Origin: the human T2T-CHM13v2.0 reference genome, Homo sapiens
Direction: 5' to 3' (one strand)
NCBI RefSeq assembly: GCF_009914755.1
Contig: NC_060940.1
Length of the DNA: 64,000 nt
The notes beneath the pieces were generated by a model. It was not told the DNA's origin and made no database searches. It was given only the letters and a program-made list of their open reading frames with translations. Shown piece after piece: positions 1 through 15,713 of this stretch. The translations under genes were made by a program, and so were the position numbers. How positions within the stretch are numbered: the stretch's first letter is position 1; the number at the start of each line of letters is the position of its first letter.

Positions 1-380
1 GTGAAAGTGTGTGAGTGTGTATGTATGTGTATGTGTGAAAGCATAATTGTGTGTGGGAGTATGTGTGTGTGTGAGAGCGTGTCAGTGTATGTGTGTGAGC
101 ATGTGTGTGAGTTTGTGTGTGCATGTGTATGTGTGTATATGTGAGTGTGTGTGTTTGAGCATCTGTCAGTGAGTGTATGTGTGTGAGTATGAGTCATATG
201 AGTGAGTGTGTGAGCATGTATGTATATGTGTATAAGTGTGTGAGTATGTGTGTGGGAGTATGTGAATGTGTTTGTGAGTGTGTGTGTGTGAACATGTTTG
301 AGTGTGTGTGTGTGTGTGTGTGCATAAGAGTATGTGTGAAAGTGTGTATGTATGTGTGAGAGCTAATGTGTATGTATGTG
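1..380. repeat. Long degenerate (TG)n / TGAG / TATG simple repeat
   Basis: Directly visible; runs off the left edge. Confidence 0.95.
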
Positions 381-1462
381 GCAGGGGGTCTGGGGTAAGA
401 GGGCTGGAGGTGGAGGGGGAACCTCTAAACTGGGTTTGAACTCAGGCTTCACCACTTACCAGACACAGGGACCCAGGCAGGCACCTCTGATTCTCTTACC
501 CTCTGTTTCCTCAGCTGTAACATAGATGGAGGCCTCACCATTTACCTCCCAGGGTTGTAGTGGGGATTACAGATCCATGAAGCCCTAATTCAGGGCCTGG
601 CAGCTCATAGCAGGTGCTTGATACATGTTAGTTTCTCTCGGTAAGCGACCACAATGACAATCCGGCTTCCTGTATTAAGTACCTACCAGGCCTCTAGCAC
701 CACACTCAGTACCTTCCTGCAAACCTTTCAGGGAGCCAAGAGAAGTCTTTCTTCTCTTCTCCGTGCCCACAGGGGTGTGTGTGTGGGTGTGTGCATGCAC
801 ACACACGAACACAAACTCATGTGGCACATGCTGGGAGTGGACACAATCATACGTTCTGCAATAGTTTATCATACTAGGTTGTAACAATGGAACGGCCATT
901 TTTGTAGATTAAAACTGATTGAATGTTGACGGTCTTATCTAGTTTTTTAGTTGCAGTGATCGTAATTCTTATTTAACTCTTACTACAATTGTATGAGGAG
1001 ACTAGTATTCTTCTATATGGGGAAACTGAGACTTAGAGAGGTTTGGTCCCTGGCCTGTGACAATGCGAATGGTAAGTGACAAAGCCGGGACGCCATCTGT
1101 GGTCCAACTCCAAACCGCTACCCATGTGACCGAGGACAGTCCCCTTTCTGCTCTGGGGCTCTGCCTTGTCATCTGAAACATGAAAAGCAGGGGATGATGT
1201 GTTCTAAACTCCCCCCATCCCAGAGGCCTGTGCCTCCATGAGGGCCAGCCGAGAAAGCAGGTTACCAAGGAAGAAGGCATTTTCTTCACTTTATGTCACT
1301 CACCCAAAAGACCAGAGAGGGAGGTGGTGTCAGCCGCTTGGGAGACACCACAGGTTTCTCCCCTGATCCATGAACCTTGATCCACAGCCCAAATGGCCGC
1401 ACGCAGACCCTGGGGCCCCAGAGGAAGGGAATGAAAGGAGCCCCCCAGCTTCCCACGGGTAC

Positions 1463-1657
1463 CTTCTGTCTGACGTCTATGCTCAGTGACTGTCCTGAGC
1501 CCTGGCTTTCATGCTCTTGGTTCAGCATGGAGGACACAGCCTTGGCCAGCTGGAGGAGCTGCTCGGGGCCACCCTCGCCTTGCAGAGCTGTGGGGATTTT
1601 CTCTGACACGGCAGCCTGGAATGCTACATCCTCAACACATGTGTCTCCGAGTGCCAC
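1463..1657 (-). CDS. PKD1L2: PKD1L2 exon 16 (195 nt)
   Basis: Acceptor ttcctaacag|GTG. Encodes VALGDTCVEDVAF...QLAKAVSSMLNQ...IDVRQK. Donor AAG|gtaccc. Confidence 0.93.
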
Positions 1658-2347
1658 CTGTTAGGAAATCAGAAATATGCTCAGAACCTGCTAGGAAGAA
1701 GCTGGCCTCTGAAGTCAGGGGTCTTCATGTGGGGTCAGAGAGGCTTGGATGCCTTTGGCCTGGCCTGTGGGCTCTCGAGCACTTCCTGAGGCTGGAGGGC
1801 ACCCAGACCTGCTCGCACCAGGCAGCTGACAGCCACCCAAACCAAGCCTTGGTTGGCTCCAGCCTGGCGCAAGTCATTGCTCTACCACTGGCCGCCCTCC
1901 TCTCTTGGTCTCAACCTCTTCCACCCCCACCTGGCCTCTGACGCTTGAAATCTTCTTGGAATCTTATCCAGGCTCTTCCTTGAGTCCTTGTTGGCTAATC
2001 TTGGTCCTACTTCTTCTGAGCTCTCTGAAGGTGCTGGCCTAACTCATGCCAGAGTCATTCTCCAACCCCCCTCACCCACCCACCAGCTCCCAGGACCCTC
2101 CCCCTATTCTGGCCACTAAATCATAACATCTACAAAGGTAGAGACCATGTCTGTTGTGTCCCTGGCTATACCCCCAGGACGTGGCCCAGGGTAGATGCTC
2201 TGTAAATATTTGTGGAAGGAATGGATGAATCACTGACTTATCTGGCTATGCCCCTGGCTATCTTCCATCCGGCCATCCTTTTAGTGAGGTTCATATGGGT
2301 GGAGAATTTTTCTCAGTAAAGAAACAGTGACCACTGCCACCACCCAC

Positions 2348-2493
2348 CTTAGCCATGGCCTGGGTCTGCTGCGTGTCCCCTGCACGATTGGTGGCAGAAA
2401 TAACTACTGTCAGCACAAAGTCATTGTTCTCCTCTCCAAGTGGCAGATACACTGATGGGAGGGCAGGTTCAGGGCCACAGTGTAGGCAGGAAC
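2348..2493 (-). CDS. PKD1L2: PKD1L2 exon 15 (146 nt): REJ region
   Basis: Acceptor ttttgccag|GT. Encodes [38 protein letters not shown]...AMAK (REJ LPLG motif). Donor AAG|gtgggt. Confidence 0.95.
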
Positions 2494-4138
2494 CTGGCAA
2501 AACCAGAAATTGACCGATGAGGGGGCATCGCTAAGCCCCAGGTAGACTGCAACCCACTCAGGTAGAGGCTGGTGACAGGGACACAAAAGCCACAGCTCTT
2601 GAAGGCATGGTAGGCTCTCGGGATTCCACACTTTCAAGTATGAGACAGTCACGTATGCTGATTCACTGTCTTCTCTAAGCAACTGCAGGTTGCTGTAACT
2701 TTGGAAAAATTTTACTAAAATCCATAAAAAATTGCAGGAAAAACATCCCATTTACAGTTTTTTTTTTTAAAAAAGTCAAGGTGGTAAACCAAATTATAAG
2801 AGGAAGAAAAAGAAGGAGGAGGAGGAGGAGGAGCAACAATGACAACTTAAAACTTAGCTCAGGGGCGGGGAGTTCAAGACCAGCCTGGGCAAATTAGGAA
2901 GACGTTGTTTCTACAAAAAAAAGTAAAAATTAGGTCTCGAGCTCCTGACCTCAGGTGATCCACCCACCTTAGCCTCCCAAAGTTCCTGGGATGACTGACA
3001 TGAGCCACCACGCCCAGCCTGGGACTCGTTTTTATGTAGCCACACTTTCCTGCCTCCATGCTCACTTGGATGATGGGGGAGAGGTACTAAAGAGGAATAG
3101 CCTATTGGAATTAGGGCAGCTGTCCTGGCCTTTCCCTCTGGCGGGACGCAGTTTGAAATAACATCCACTTACCTTGCTTGAACTTTTTCCTTTCAGACTC
3201 AGCCCCATTCACAGCCCTCTTAACGGTGATGCATTTCCACATCTATTAGACAGGGCGCTCGTGAAAACTACACTCTCTTAGGTATTACAATAGCTGACGT
3301 GCACTTTCCCTAATCAAGGTGTAGTGTTTATGCCACTGTGATGTTTGATGCTGGATTTGGGGGACCATCCTGGCAACACTACTGGTGGCTGACTTTGGTG
3401 GAAATTTACAATCTGATTAGAGCATTTTCAGAGCACAGAATGACAAAGCTCTCCTGGGCGTGTGGCTTACATCTGTAATCCCAGCACTTTGGGAGGCCGA
3501 GGCAGGCAGATCACCTGAGGTCAGGAGTTTGAGACTAGCCGGGCTAACATAGTGAAACCCCATCTCTACTAAAAATACAAAAATTAGCCGGGTGTGGTGG
3601 CGGGCACCTGTAATCTCAGCTACTCAGGAAGCTGAGGCAAGAGAATCGCTTGAACCCGGGAGGCTGAGGTTGCAGTGGGCCGAGATCGTGCCACCACACT
3701 CCAGCCTTGGCAACAAGGCAAAACTCTGTCTCAAAAAAAAAAAAAAAAAAGAAGAAGAAGCCAAAGCCCAGTGGGTGGAGATCAGGGCTCAGATGAGCCC
3801 TCCAAGGACCAATCACTCTCCAAATGGAAGAATAAATGCAATGTGAGTGGCTCCCTCATCTCTCCTGCTAATGCCCTGTGGCTATCCTGGGGTGTGAGTG
3901 GTTAGGGTGAAAGCAGGGAGACTGTGTAGGGTTTTATGCATTGTGGATGGGGTCTTCCATGTTTGTCACCTGTACACCTTTGCAAAAATGTTCTTTCAGT
4001 TCAGCTAGTCCTGCAATTATCACCCATTCCCTGGGGCTGCTTGCAAAGCAGCGTCAATGAAATTGTTGAAGATTCTGTTAACCAGACCCATCTCTGTCTT
4101 CCTGAATAGCTCCAGGCTTCTGGGAGTCCCAGCTACTA

Positions 4139-4141
<3 letters not shown>

Positions 4142-4181
<40 letters not shown>
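4142..4181. repeat. (GT)~20 microsatellite
   Basis: Pure GT run. Confidence 0.97.
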
Positions 4182-4183
<2 letters not shown>

Positions 4184-4525
4184 TGAGCAGGGGTTGGGGG
4201 ATGGTGTCTTGGTGGTGGCCCCACATGGTCATACTTTTGGGTATCCTCGTTCATTTCACTCCATCACTGTCCCCCATGCCAGGGCAATGGATTTTGGCTT
4301 CCAGTTGTGGAAGAGCTATTGATGAGACCTTCTTCTCATGTCTCTGTGGACTGATGGCTGAGTCAGTGTCTTGAGACTAGGGGTTGAGGTTTAGGGGAGC
4401 CCTCATCCTACCAACCTCTCTCGCACACGGAACATATTCTTTGCAGCTCCCAGAGAGAACAGGCCCCTGTTCTGCAAGAAGATGAGCCCAGGAGCTGAGG
4501 GAAGAGCAGAGTCTTCAGCCGGTAC

Positions 4526-4702
4526 CTGATTCCAGACAGAAGCAGAACTCCAGGGGTCCCAGGGCTGTGGAGGCGTTGCAGAAGATGGCAAAGCTCGTCA
4601 GAACGGTGCACTCCTCTGGGGCAATAGTGCAGGCAGGCACCTCACGGGGAGGCACAGTGCTAATCACATAGGTGTCCTCCCCATAGGCATGCCTGGTCAG
4701 TG
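4526..4702 (-). CDS. PKD1L2: PKD1L2 exon 14 (177 nt): REJ region
   Basis: Acceptor tttactcccag|CA. Encodes [42 protein letters not shown]...CLES. Donor G|gtaccg. Confidence 0.94.
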
Positions 4703-6362
4703 CTGGGAGTAAAGAGAGATCATGTTCAGGGGGCCACGTGGGGCCCACAAACTCCATCCTGCTGTTAGATTGCCCCCTGAGCTCATTAAACACAAAGATT
4801 CTTGGGCTCTACTTCAAACCCAGAACTTCAGACGTCTCTGGATCTGGGAAGAGCCCAGAAATGTACATATCTAACAATTAAACAATGAAACCCCAAAACA
4901 ACTCCCCCTGATGCAAGGGATCCCAGGGCCTCACTTTGAGAAACTGGGCAGAGATAGGGGAAGATAATTAGACAGACCTGAGCTTGAATTTTAGTTCTGC
5001 CATTTGTTAACCGAGTGACCTCAGACTTGACCTTTTCTTTTCCAATTTTGTTTTCCTAATTTTTTTTCTTTTTAGAGATAGGGTCTTGCACTGTCACCTA
5101 GGCTAGAGTCCAGTGGTGCAATCATAGCTTACTATAGCCTTGAACTCCTACACTTAAGTGATTCCACTGCCTTGGCCTCTCGAGTCAGCTAGAACCACAG
5201 GAGTACACCATTACGGCTGGCTAATTTTCTAATTTTTGTAGAGACAGGGTCTCGCTCTGTTGCCAGGGCTGGTCTTGAACTCCTGGCCTCAAGGGATCCT
5301 CCCGCCTCAGCCTCCCAAAGTGCTGGGATTACAGGCATAAGCCACTGGACCCGGGCTGAGAACTTGACCTTTTTGAGAGTCAGTTCCTCATCTGTAGAAT
5401 GCGGCTGATGATAATAGCTTCCGCACAAAGATCTTGTGAGGTGGGAGTATGCTGGGAAAATGCTCAAGATCACAGAGCCAGGAAAGACCAGAACCAGGAT
5501 CCGGAAACAGGCTGAGCCCACCCCGAAGCCCACACTCTTCCCAGGCGCCGAGATCACTGTTAAGAGCCACGAGTGGACCTGCAGTCACATCCCACATCAC
5601 CTGGAGTAGCCACCTACATTTTCAGAGAGCGCATGCCTGGAAGAGCTGGGCATAAAGAGAATTTGAACCCATAAAAACTCATTCCTTGGCCTAGACCCAA
5701 TTCGGAAAGTTTGGGGTGGACCCAAGAGTGTGCATGTTTAACTAATTCCTTGTTTATCCTGATGTGCATGGTCTGTGGGCCACTTCGGGAAAAATGGAAG
5801 CAAAGCAATCCTTCCTAAAAAGAATCATCACCTCCATTGTTTGTGTGTTTGAGAATCTATGTTTCTCACACAGGGCTTGTTTTAAACGAGAAGCCCTGAA
5901 CAATCCTGGCAGGGTGTACAGGTTGCACGACCCCAGAATGACCTGCTTGTAACACTGGGGTTATCTCATTCATCCTGCAAAATAACCATTCTGAGGCAGG
6001 CATTTCGATTATCCCAGTTTATATGTCAGGAAACTGAGGCATAGAGAGGCGAAATCCTCTGCCTAGAGTCTCCCACGTAGAAAGCGGAAGTGGTGCGATT
6101 TACACCAGAGCCTGTGCTGTGGCCTCTGCACTAAGCTGATGCCCTGGCTGGGTATGGTGACTCACAGCTGCCATCCCAGCACTTCAGGAGGCTGGGACAG
6201 GAGGATCGTTTGGCTCCAGGAGTTCAGGACCAGACTGGGCAACATAGTGAGATCACATCTCTCTATTTCAATATTTAAAAAAAAATAAACTGACACCCAA
6301 TATCTGAGTGTTTCTGGGTTTATCTGGGTTCCCTGAGAGGAGATAAAAGGGAGGTTTCGCAC

Positions 6363-6504
6363 CTGTGGCTCTGATTCGGATGACCTCTCCCCGGGACTGC
6401 AGAAACGAGCTGTTCAACAGCAACGTGGAGGTGTTGCTCTGGAGGAGGGTTAAGGACCTTGGCCAAAATCCTCTGAGTCTGCAGGCATCCAGGAGGGGCT
6501 CAGC
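6363..6504 (-). CDS. PKD1L2: PKD1L2 exon 13 (142 nt): REJ region
   Basis: Absent from the ORF track. Acceptor gtctttcag|GCT. Manual translation [47 protein letters not shown] with no stop. Donor G|gtgcga. Confidence 0.93.
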
Positions 6505-6913
6505 CTGAAAGACAGGATGGCCCAGGGCTGCTGACGCTACAGCCAGGCCACAGGACTGCAGCAGGACAGTGGCTTCTGGGTGCTAGACAGCCTTTCAGAT
6601 TTATTACTGATGAACGGAGGACAGGCAGCCCCAGCTCCCCAAGAAGTCACCTGGAATATACACTTTCCAGCCTCATTGCGGTGTCTGTCTTAGATTGGGC
6701 TCCCCGGAAGCAGAGCCTGAGATGGGGATTTGTGTGCAGGTTATTTATTTGTTTATTTTTGAGCCAGGCACAGTGGCTCACACCTCTAATCCCAGCACTT
6801 TGGGAGGCTGAGGTGGGTGGATCATCTGAGCTCAGGAGTTCAAGACCAGCCTGGCCAACATGGGGAAACTCTGTCTCTACTAAAAATACGAAAATCAGCT
6901 GGGCATGGTGTTA

Positions 6914-7105
<192 letters not shown>

Positions 7106-7868
7106 CTAGAGTGCAGTGTATGATCTCTGTGCACTGCAACCTCTGCCTCCCAGGTTCAAGTCATTCTCCTGCCTCGGCCTCCCAAGTAGATAGAATTATA
7201 GGCACGCATCACCATACCCCGCTAATGTTTTCGTATTTTTAGTAGAGACGGGGTTTCACCATGTTGGCCAGGCTGGTCTCAAACCCCTGACCTCAGGTGA
7301 TCTGCCTGCCTCGGCCTCCCAAAGTGTTGGGATTAAAGGCTTGAGCCACCATATCCAGCCTTGTGTGCAGGTTATTGATGGAAGGAGGATTCACAGGGAA
7401 AAGCAGTGGAGAGAGGGAAACAGCAGAGAACAAAACAAGGCAAAAAACAGTTACTGGAGGCATCCAGCCTCAGCCTGGTCACACGGAGAGCCCTGAAGTG
7501 TAAGTTGCACAACTGAAATCACCCTACCTGGGGACAGAGAAGCTGGGCTATTAGACCCTCCACCCATCAGTCGTTGGCCAATGGTCAGGCCACAAAAGCT
7601 GGAGTTAGGATCGTCCGCCTGGGAAGCAGGACTTTTGCTGAGATGCCAAGAGCACCCGCTGCAAAGTTTCTCCAGAGCTTATGCTCCTTTGTGCCCATTT
7701 GCCCTGCTGTCAATTCCCTGATTTTCTCCCCAGCCCAATACCCTGAGTCCCACACCACAGGCTCTGAATGGAATTGACCCAACCCTGGCCCAGTACCGGG
7801 CATGCGACACGGGTGTGCTGAAAGCGCAAGGGAGATTTCCATTCTTGAGTGGTTGTCACTGTGCTCAC

Positions 7869-7989
7869 CTGCTCTGTTGGGGTGTTGTCCAAATACCAGC
7901 TGAACATAGCCACTGGAGAGTCCTCCCCCATGGTGACCCTGAGCAGAATGTCTTTGCTGGCATTAACTGGCCTGCAGTTCCTCTCACAG
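7869..7989 (-). CDS. PKD1L2: PKD1L2 exon 12 (121 nt): REJ region; contains Met686
   Basis: Acceptor ctgcctttcag|C. Encodes [40 protein letters not shown]. Donor CAG|gtgagc. Confidence 0.94.
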
Positions 7990-8034
7990 CTGAAAGGCAG
8001 ACAGAGGACAGAGTGAGGAAGCTCCCCGAGGCAT

Positions 8035-9419
<1,385 letters not shown>

Positions 9420-9723
9420 TCAAGTCCTTTGAGAGGGTAGGAAATGGCCCTTTTTCAAATTAAAGATGGAATAAAAGCCGCCCCTGCCCCAACCAACACT
9501 GGGACGTAGCCTTGGTTGTGAAGATGGACTGAGTCATGGCCTGACTGAATTCCCATGTCATTCACTGACAGCGTAATGATACGGAAGGTGAATGAGGCTG
9601 AGACAGGACCTGGGTTCTAATCCTGTCCTTGTCACTTATGAAGGGTCACCTTGTGTGCATCACTTAAACTTTTTTTTTTTTTTTTTTTTTTGAGACTGAG
9701 TCTCACTCTATCGCCCAGGCTAG

Positions 9724-10026
<303 letters not shown>

Positions 10027-10311
10027 TAGCCTAGATAATTTCTGTGATTCTTTTTAGTTCAGATAATAGTAAACTAATGCTGTGGTTCAACAGCACGCCT
10101 GCCATGCACACATTACTTCCATTGTCTCTAGCTTGTCCAATGCTCACAATAGCCCTATGAGTGACATATTAGCATCCCCACATCACAGGTGAGCTAACCA
10201 GGCCCCGAGAGCTTATGTGATTTGTCCTAAGTGATGTAACTTCTAAGTGGGCAGATAGAATGTGAACCATCGTGTCTGGATCCAAACTCTTGGCCTTCTC
10301 TATAATGTCTC

Positions 10312-10722
10312 TGTGAAGGCCAAAGCAACTCCATTTCAGATGCTAATCTGCCACGTTGACTACTGATTAACCCCAATTCCAGGAATGCCTCTAAGATTTC
10401 TATTCTCTCTACAGTTCTTTGTGTAAGAGCATGTACTTACTATGAGTGCTGCCCTGAAAGAGATTCACATAGTATTCTTACCTTTCCCTACGACTGTCCT
10501 ACACATTCCTTTCCTATGGTATATAAGCCCTGGTTCTGGCGGGTAATGGCGCTGGCTTTCACCATCTTGTCTTGCAGCTGCCCTAGACATCATGGTTTCT
10601 GTTCGCAAGTCTCAATTAAATGTTTCTTTCTAAGAAACTAAATTTGTCAGCTTCTTTCTCTGGCCTCTCTGCTTCCTCGAACTTTGCGGGAAGGTTTGCA
10701 TAGACCTGCCCTCCACAGGACG
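10312..10722 (+). mobile_element. ERV1-type solo LTR (subfamily not assigned), antisense to PKD1L2
   Basis: Starts TG...agcaactccat, with a TATA-like tatataagccc at ~10520 and an ATTAAA poly(A) signal at ~10615, i.e. a typical U3-R-U5 layout. Confidence 0.65.
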
Positions 10723-11504
10723 GTCCCCCAGTTTCCCCTTTGGTCTGAACTTGATGACAGCTCTTGAACTTCCTACTTATCTCCTCATGTCTGCCCTAGT
10801 CCAAGTGTGCAGGACATTCTCTATCTGCCTCTCCAATCCAGTCTCCTCCCACGTGCGGCTCTGACCTGGGAGACTGAGCTCTATACACTGCATCACCCAA
10901 GCTGCCACACCCTCCAGCTTCTAACTGGGTCCAGCCAATGGGAACCATTGATAGAGGATTGGAGGGTGAGAGGAGAGAGTTTGGGGAATTTATTCACGGC
11001 TTTCCCTGCTCTTTTCCCTGATGGGCTGCAGGTGAGAGATGCTGTGCTTCTCCAACCAAGGCCACAGCTCCCTACGTATGTAGTCCTGCCTAATCTTACC
11101 TCTGCATTCCTGGGGGTGATAATGGCTTCCCTTGGTTGTAGTCCTGCCTTGTCGCCCCTGCTTCATTGCCTTATACCTGCCCTCACCTGTAAATAGTCCC
11201 TTCATCAGCTCTCTTCCATTCATTCCTGGTTTGGCTGAGCCATCAGCTTCCTGCAGGGACTGGCTGATAGTCCAAGCAAACTTGACCTCCTACCTTGACT
11301 CCTGCAAGAGCCTGGGCAATCTCCCTGGGTCTTCTCTTGCCCTCTTCCAAGTCATTCTCCACTGAGCCACCAGAGCATATTGAAGTCACATGCTTAGAAC
11401 TCTTGGTTGCTTGGCTTGGCATGGTGGCTCATTCCTGTAATCCCAGCAATTTGGGAGGCCGAGGCAGGTGGGTCACCTGAGGTGAGGAGTTTGAGACTAG
11501 CCTA

Positions 11505-11849
<345 letters not shown>

Positions 11850-12208
11850 TCAGGACATTGGCCTCTTTCGCTCCCTGATGATTCTCTGCTCCCTCCCTTT
11901 GCCCGCTCTGTTCCTGCTCCAGCTGCCCCTTCCCTGCCCTGTGAATTTCTCCTGAACACCTCTGCTGAGCTGCAGTTCCTGAGAGAAGTCTCTCTAACCC
12001 CAGTCAGGGCAGTTTTCATAGAGGTGCGCTCTCTGCCTTCTTCATTCGTGTCCAGAAGTGCTGATCACCAGGTGGTAGTAACCCCTATGACAACACAGAC
12101 CACCACAGCAAGCCTTGCCCCAAGGCAGCCCCAGCCTCAGTGGGTCCTCAGTAAGTGTTGGCTGAACGAATGAATCAGGACCCTGGAGGAACTGCCCACG
12201 TGCCCCAC

Positions 12209-12416
12209 CTGACTCGAGGCCTGAGTTCCCAGGGCGCAGACACGTAGAGGCACTGCTCTGCCCTGTTCTCCAGCTCTTGGCCTCTCAGAACAGCCAGGTG
12301 CAGGGTGACAGCAGAGTCAGGCGGCGGCAGGCAGGATGCTGGAACCACCAGCTCCCTCTGGTCTGTGCGAAGCAGCTGCCTCTCAACACAGCTGCTCCAC
12401 AGAGCCCAGCAAGACC
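12209..12416 (-). CDS. PKD1L2: PKD1L2 exon 11 (208 nt): REJ region
   Basis: Acceptor atttctctcag|GG. Encodes [13 protein letters not shown]...WELRPRV. Donor AG|gtgggg. Confidence 0.94.
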
Positions 12417-12571
12417 CTGAGAGAAATGGACAGACACTATTATCCATCAGGAGCCCTGAACGTGGCACACACTGCTAGCTTCTGGTTTTGAAAGGGGTCA
12501 TGAATAATAACATCAGCTCTAAATAGACATTTTAATTTTTTAATGTCAGTTTTATTATTTATTTATTTTGA

Positions 12572-12865
<294 letters not shown>

Positions 12866-13884
12866 TAATGCAGGTTGCAGAAATGGTGCTATGGAAGGAT
12901 GCTTTTGGGAAAAAGAACCATGCTTCACCCAAACTCTGAGCAAATCTGCAGGATGTGGTTGGCTTGTGTTGCACTGGTGCTCAGGAAGGTGTGTAGCAGG
13001 AGAGGGGCCAGGAGGATCTGTGGCCCTGGGAGAAGGTCCAGGGCAGCTTCTTATCCCGGTATATTTGTCATTCCATGTGGATGAGGCTGTCCACAGCGCC
13101 AAGTCCCTGTGGGCTACTACGGCGGCCTGGGAGGCTGTACTGCCATCTGGGAGGCTGCTGTGTCACCTCCTGCTTTATGTTAGCAGCTTCCTAAGTTTCT
13201 GTATCCTCTGCCCTTCAACTCTATTGACAGATGTTTACTCATCAATACCTCACTTCCCACCATCTCCAATATGGTGACAGGCATATAGCAGGAGAGAGGC
13301 CAGGAAGATCTAAATCCCCAGGAGAATATTCCCAAGATTCCTGGGACTATTCCAAGAATTCCAAGATTCCCTAGATCTACAGCCCTGGGAGAACAGTCCC
13401 AAGATATGTTCCCTGAGCATATTTCCAAAATATGTTCAGGGTTCAGGCTCATCAGCTCGGTCGCCTAAACTCTGGACTTGCATACTCTGTATTCAGATAA
13501 GGAGAATGAATATTCAGAGGGATGTCATTACCACGTAACAATTAACATCAAAAGCCTTAAAATGTTGCATGACTTTTGACCCAGTTATTCCATTTCTACA
13601 AATTTATTTATGAAAGTAACCACAGTTGTAAATAGAGATTGAACTGTATAAGAGCAAACAATGTGAAACAATCTAAATGTCCAAAAAGAGGGTAAAGAAA
13701 TGATCACACATCAGCCGGGCACTGCGGCTCACGCCTGTAATCCCAGCACTTTGGGAGGCCGAGGCAGGTGGATCACCTGAGGTCAGGAGTTCGAGACCAG
13801 CCTGGCCAACATAGTGAAACCTCATCTCTACTAAAAGTACAACAATTAGTTGGGCATGGTGGCACGTGTCTACAATTCCAGCTA

Positions 13885-14016
<132 letters not shown>

Positions 14017-14144
14017 TCAACATTATGGTGTATTGTGCAGCTATTAAGAAAATCAATATAGAGACGATACCACAACATTATAATATGCAAATATGCAGGT
14101 TACATTGTTCAATGAGAAAAGGGTAAAGAAAACAGTATGAATAA

Positions 14145-14282
<138 letters not shown>

Positions 14283-14285
14283 TGA

Positions 14286-14480
<195 letters not shown>

Positions 14481-14748
14481 TAAAAGAATGTGTATGTAGC
14501 TAGGCTATATTCCTGTAAAAAGGAGGATACCATTTCTACAATGTGAGCGCTAGTGCTGCCATCTTGGTTTGTTGGAAAATGCCTGACTCACGTCCCCCTT
14601 CTAGATTCTCTCCCTAGGGATATACCAAAGGGCTGGGGAAAGGGGAGGAGTCCACACCAGAGAAGAGGAGCACTTTATCACTTTTGTTTGGAATTGTCAG
14701 CGTGTGGACCAGCTTTTCAGGTTTCATTATTGTTTTAAAATTCTGTAG

Positions 14749-15015
<267 letters not shown>

Positions 15016-15159
15016 TGACCAGGCTGGTCTCAAACTCCTGACCTCCAGTGATCCACCTGCCTCGGTCTCCCAAAGTGCTGGGATTACAGGTGTGAGCCAC
15101 CACGCCCGGCCCCACCTCCTATTTCCATGGAATTTGCAAGCTCTGGCATGTACAAGTTA

Positions 15160-15555
<396 letters not shown>

Positions 15556-15595
15556 TCAAAAAAAAAAAAAAAAAAAGAACTCTATTGTCACCTAC

Positions 15596-15713
15596 CACAT
15601 GACCATTGGAAGCGTAACTCCTTGTCATTGTCTGGCCAGCCCAGGGTCACTGTCGTGAAAGGATCCACATATGGACCAGGTTGGATGTACACCTCCATAT
15701 CGCCTTTATCTTT
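15596..15713 (-). CDS. PKD1L2: PKD1L2 exon 10 (118 nt): REJ region
   Basis: Acceptor ttttttttgcag|AAA. Encodes [39 protein letters not shown]. Donor G|gtaggt. Confidence 0.94.

Noticed and set aside
177-359. C/V/M-rich 60-aa ORF
   Set aside because: Translation of the (TG)n repeat.
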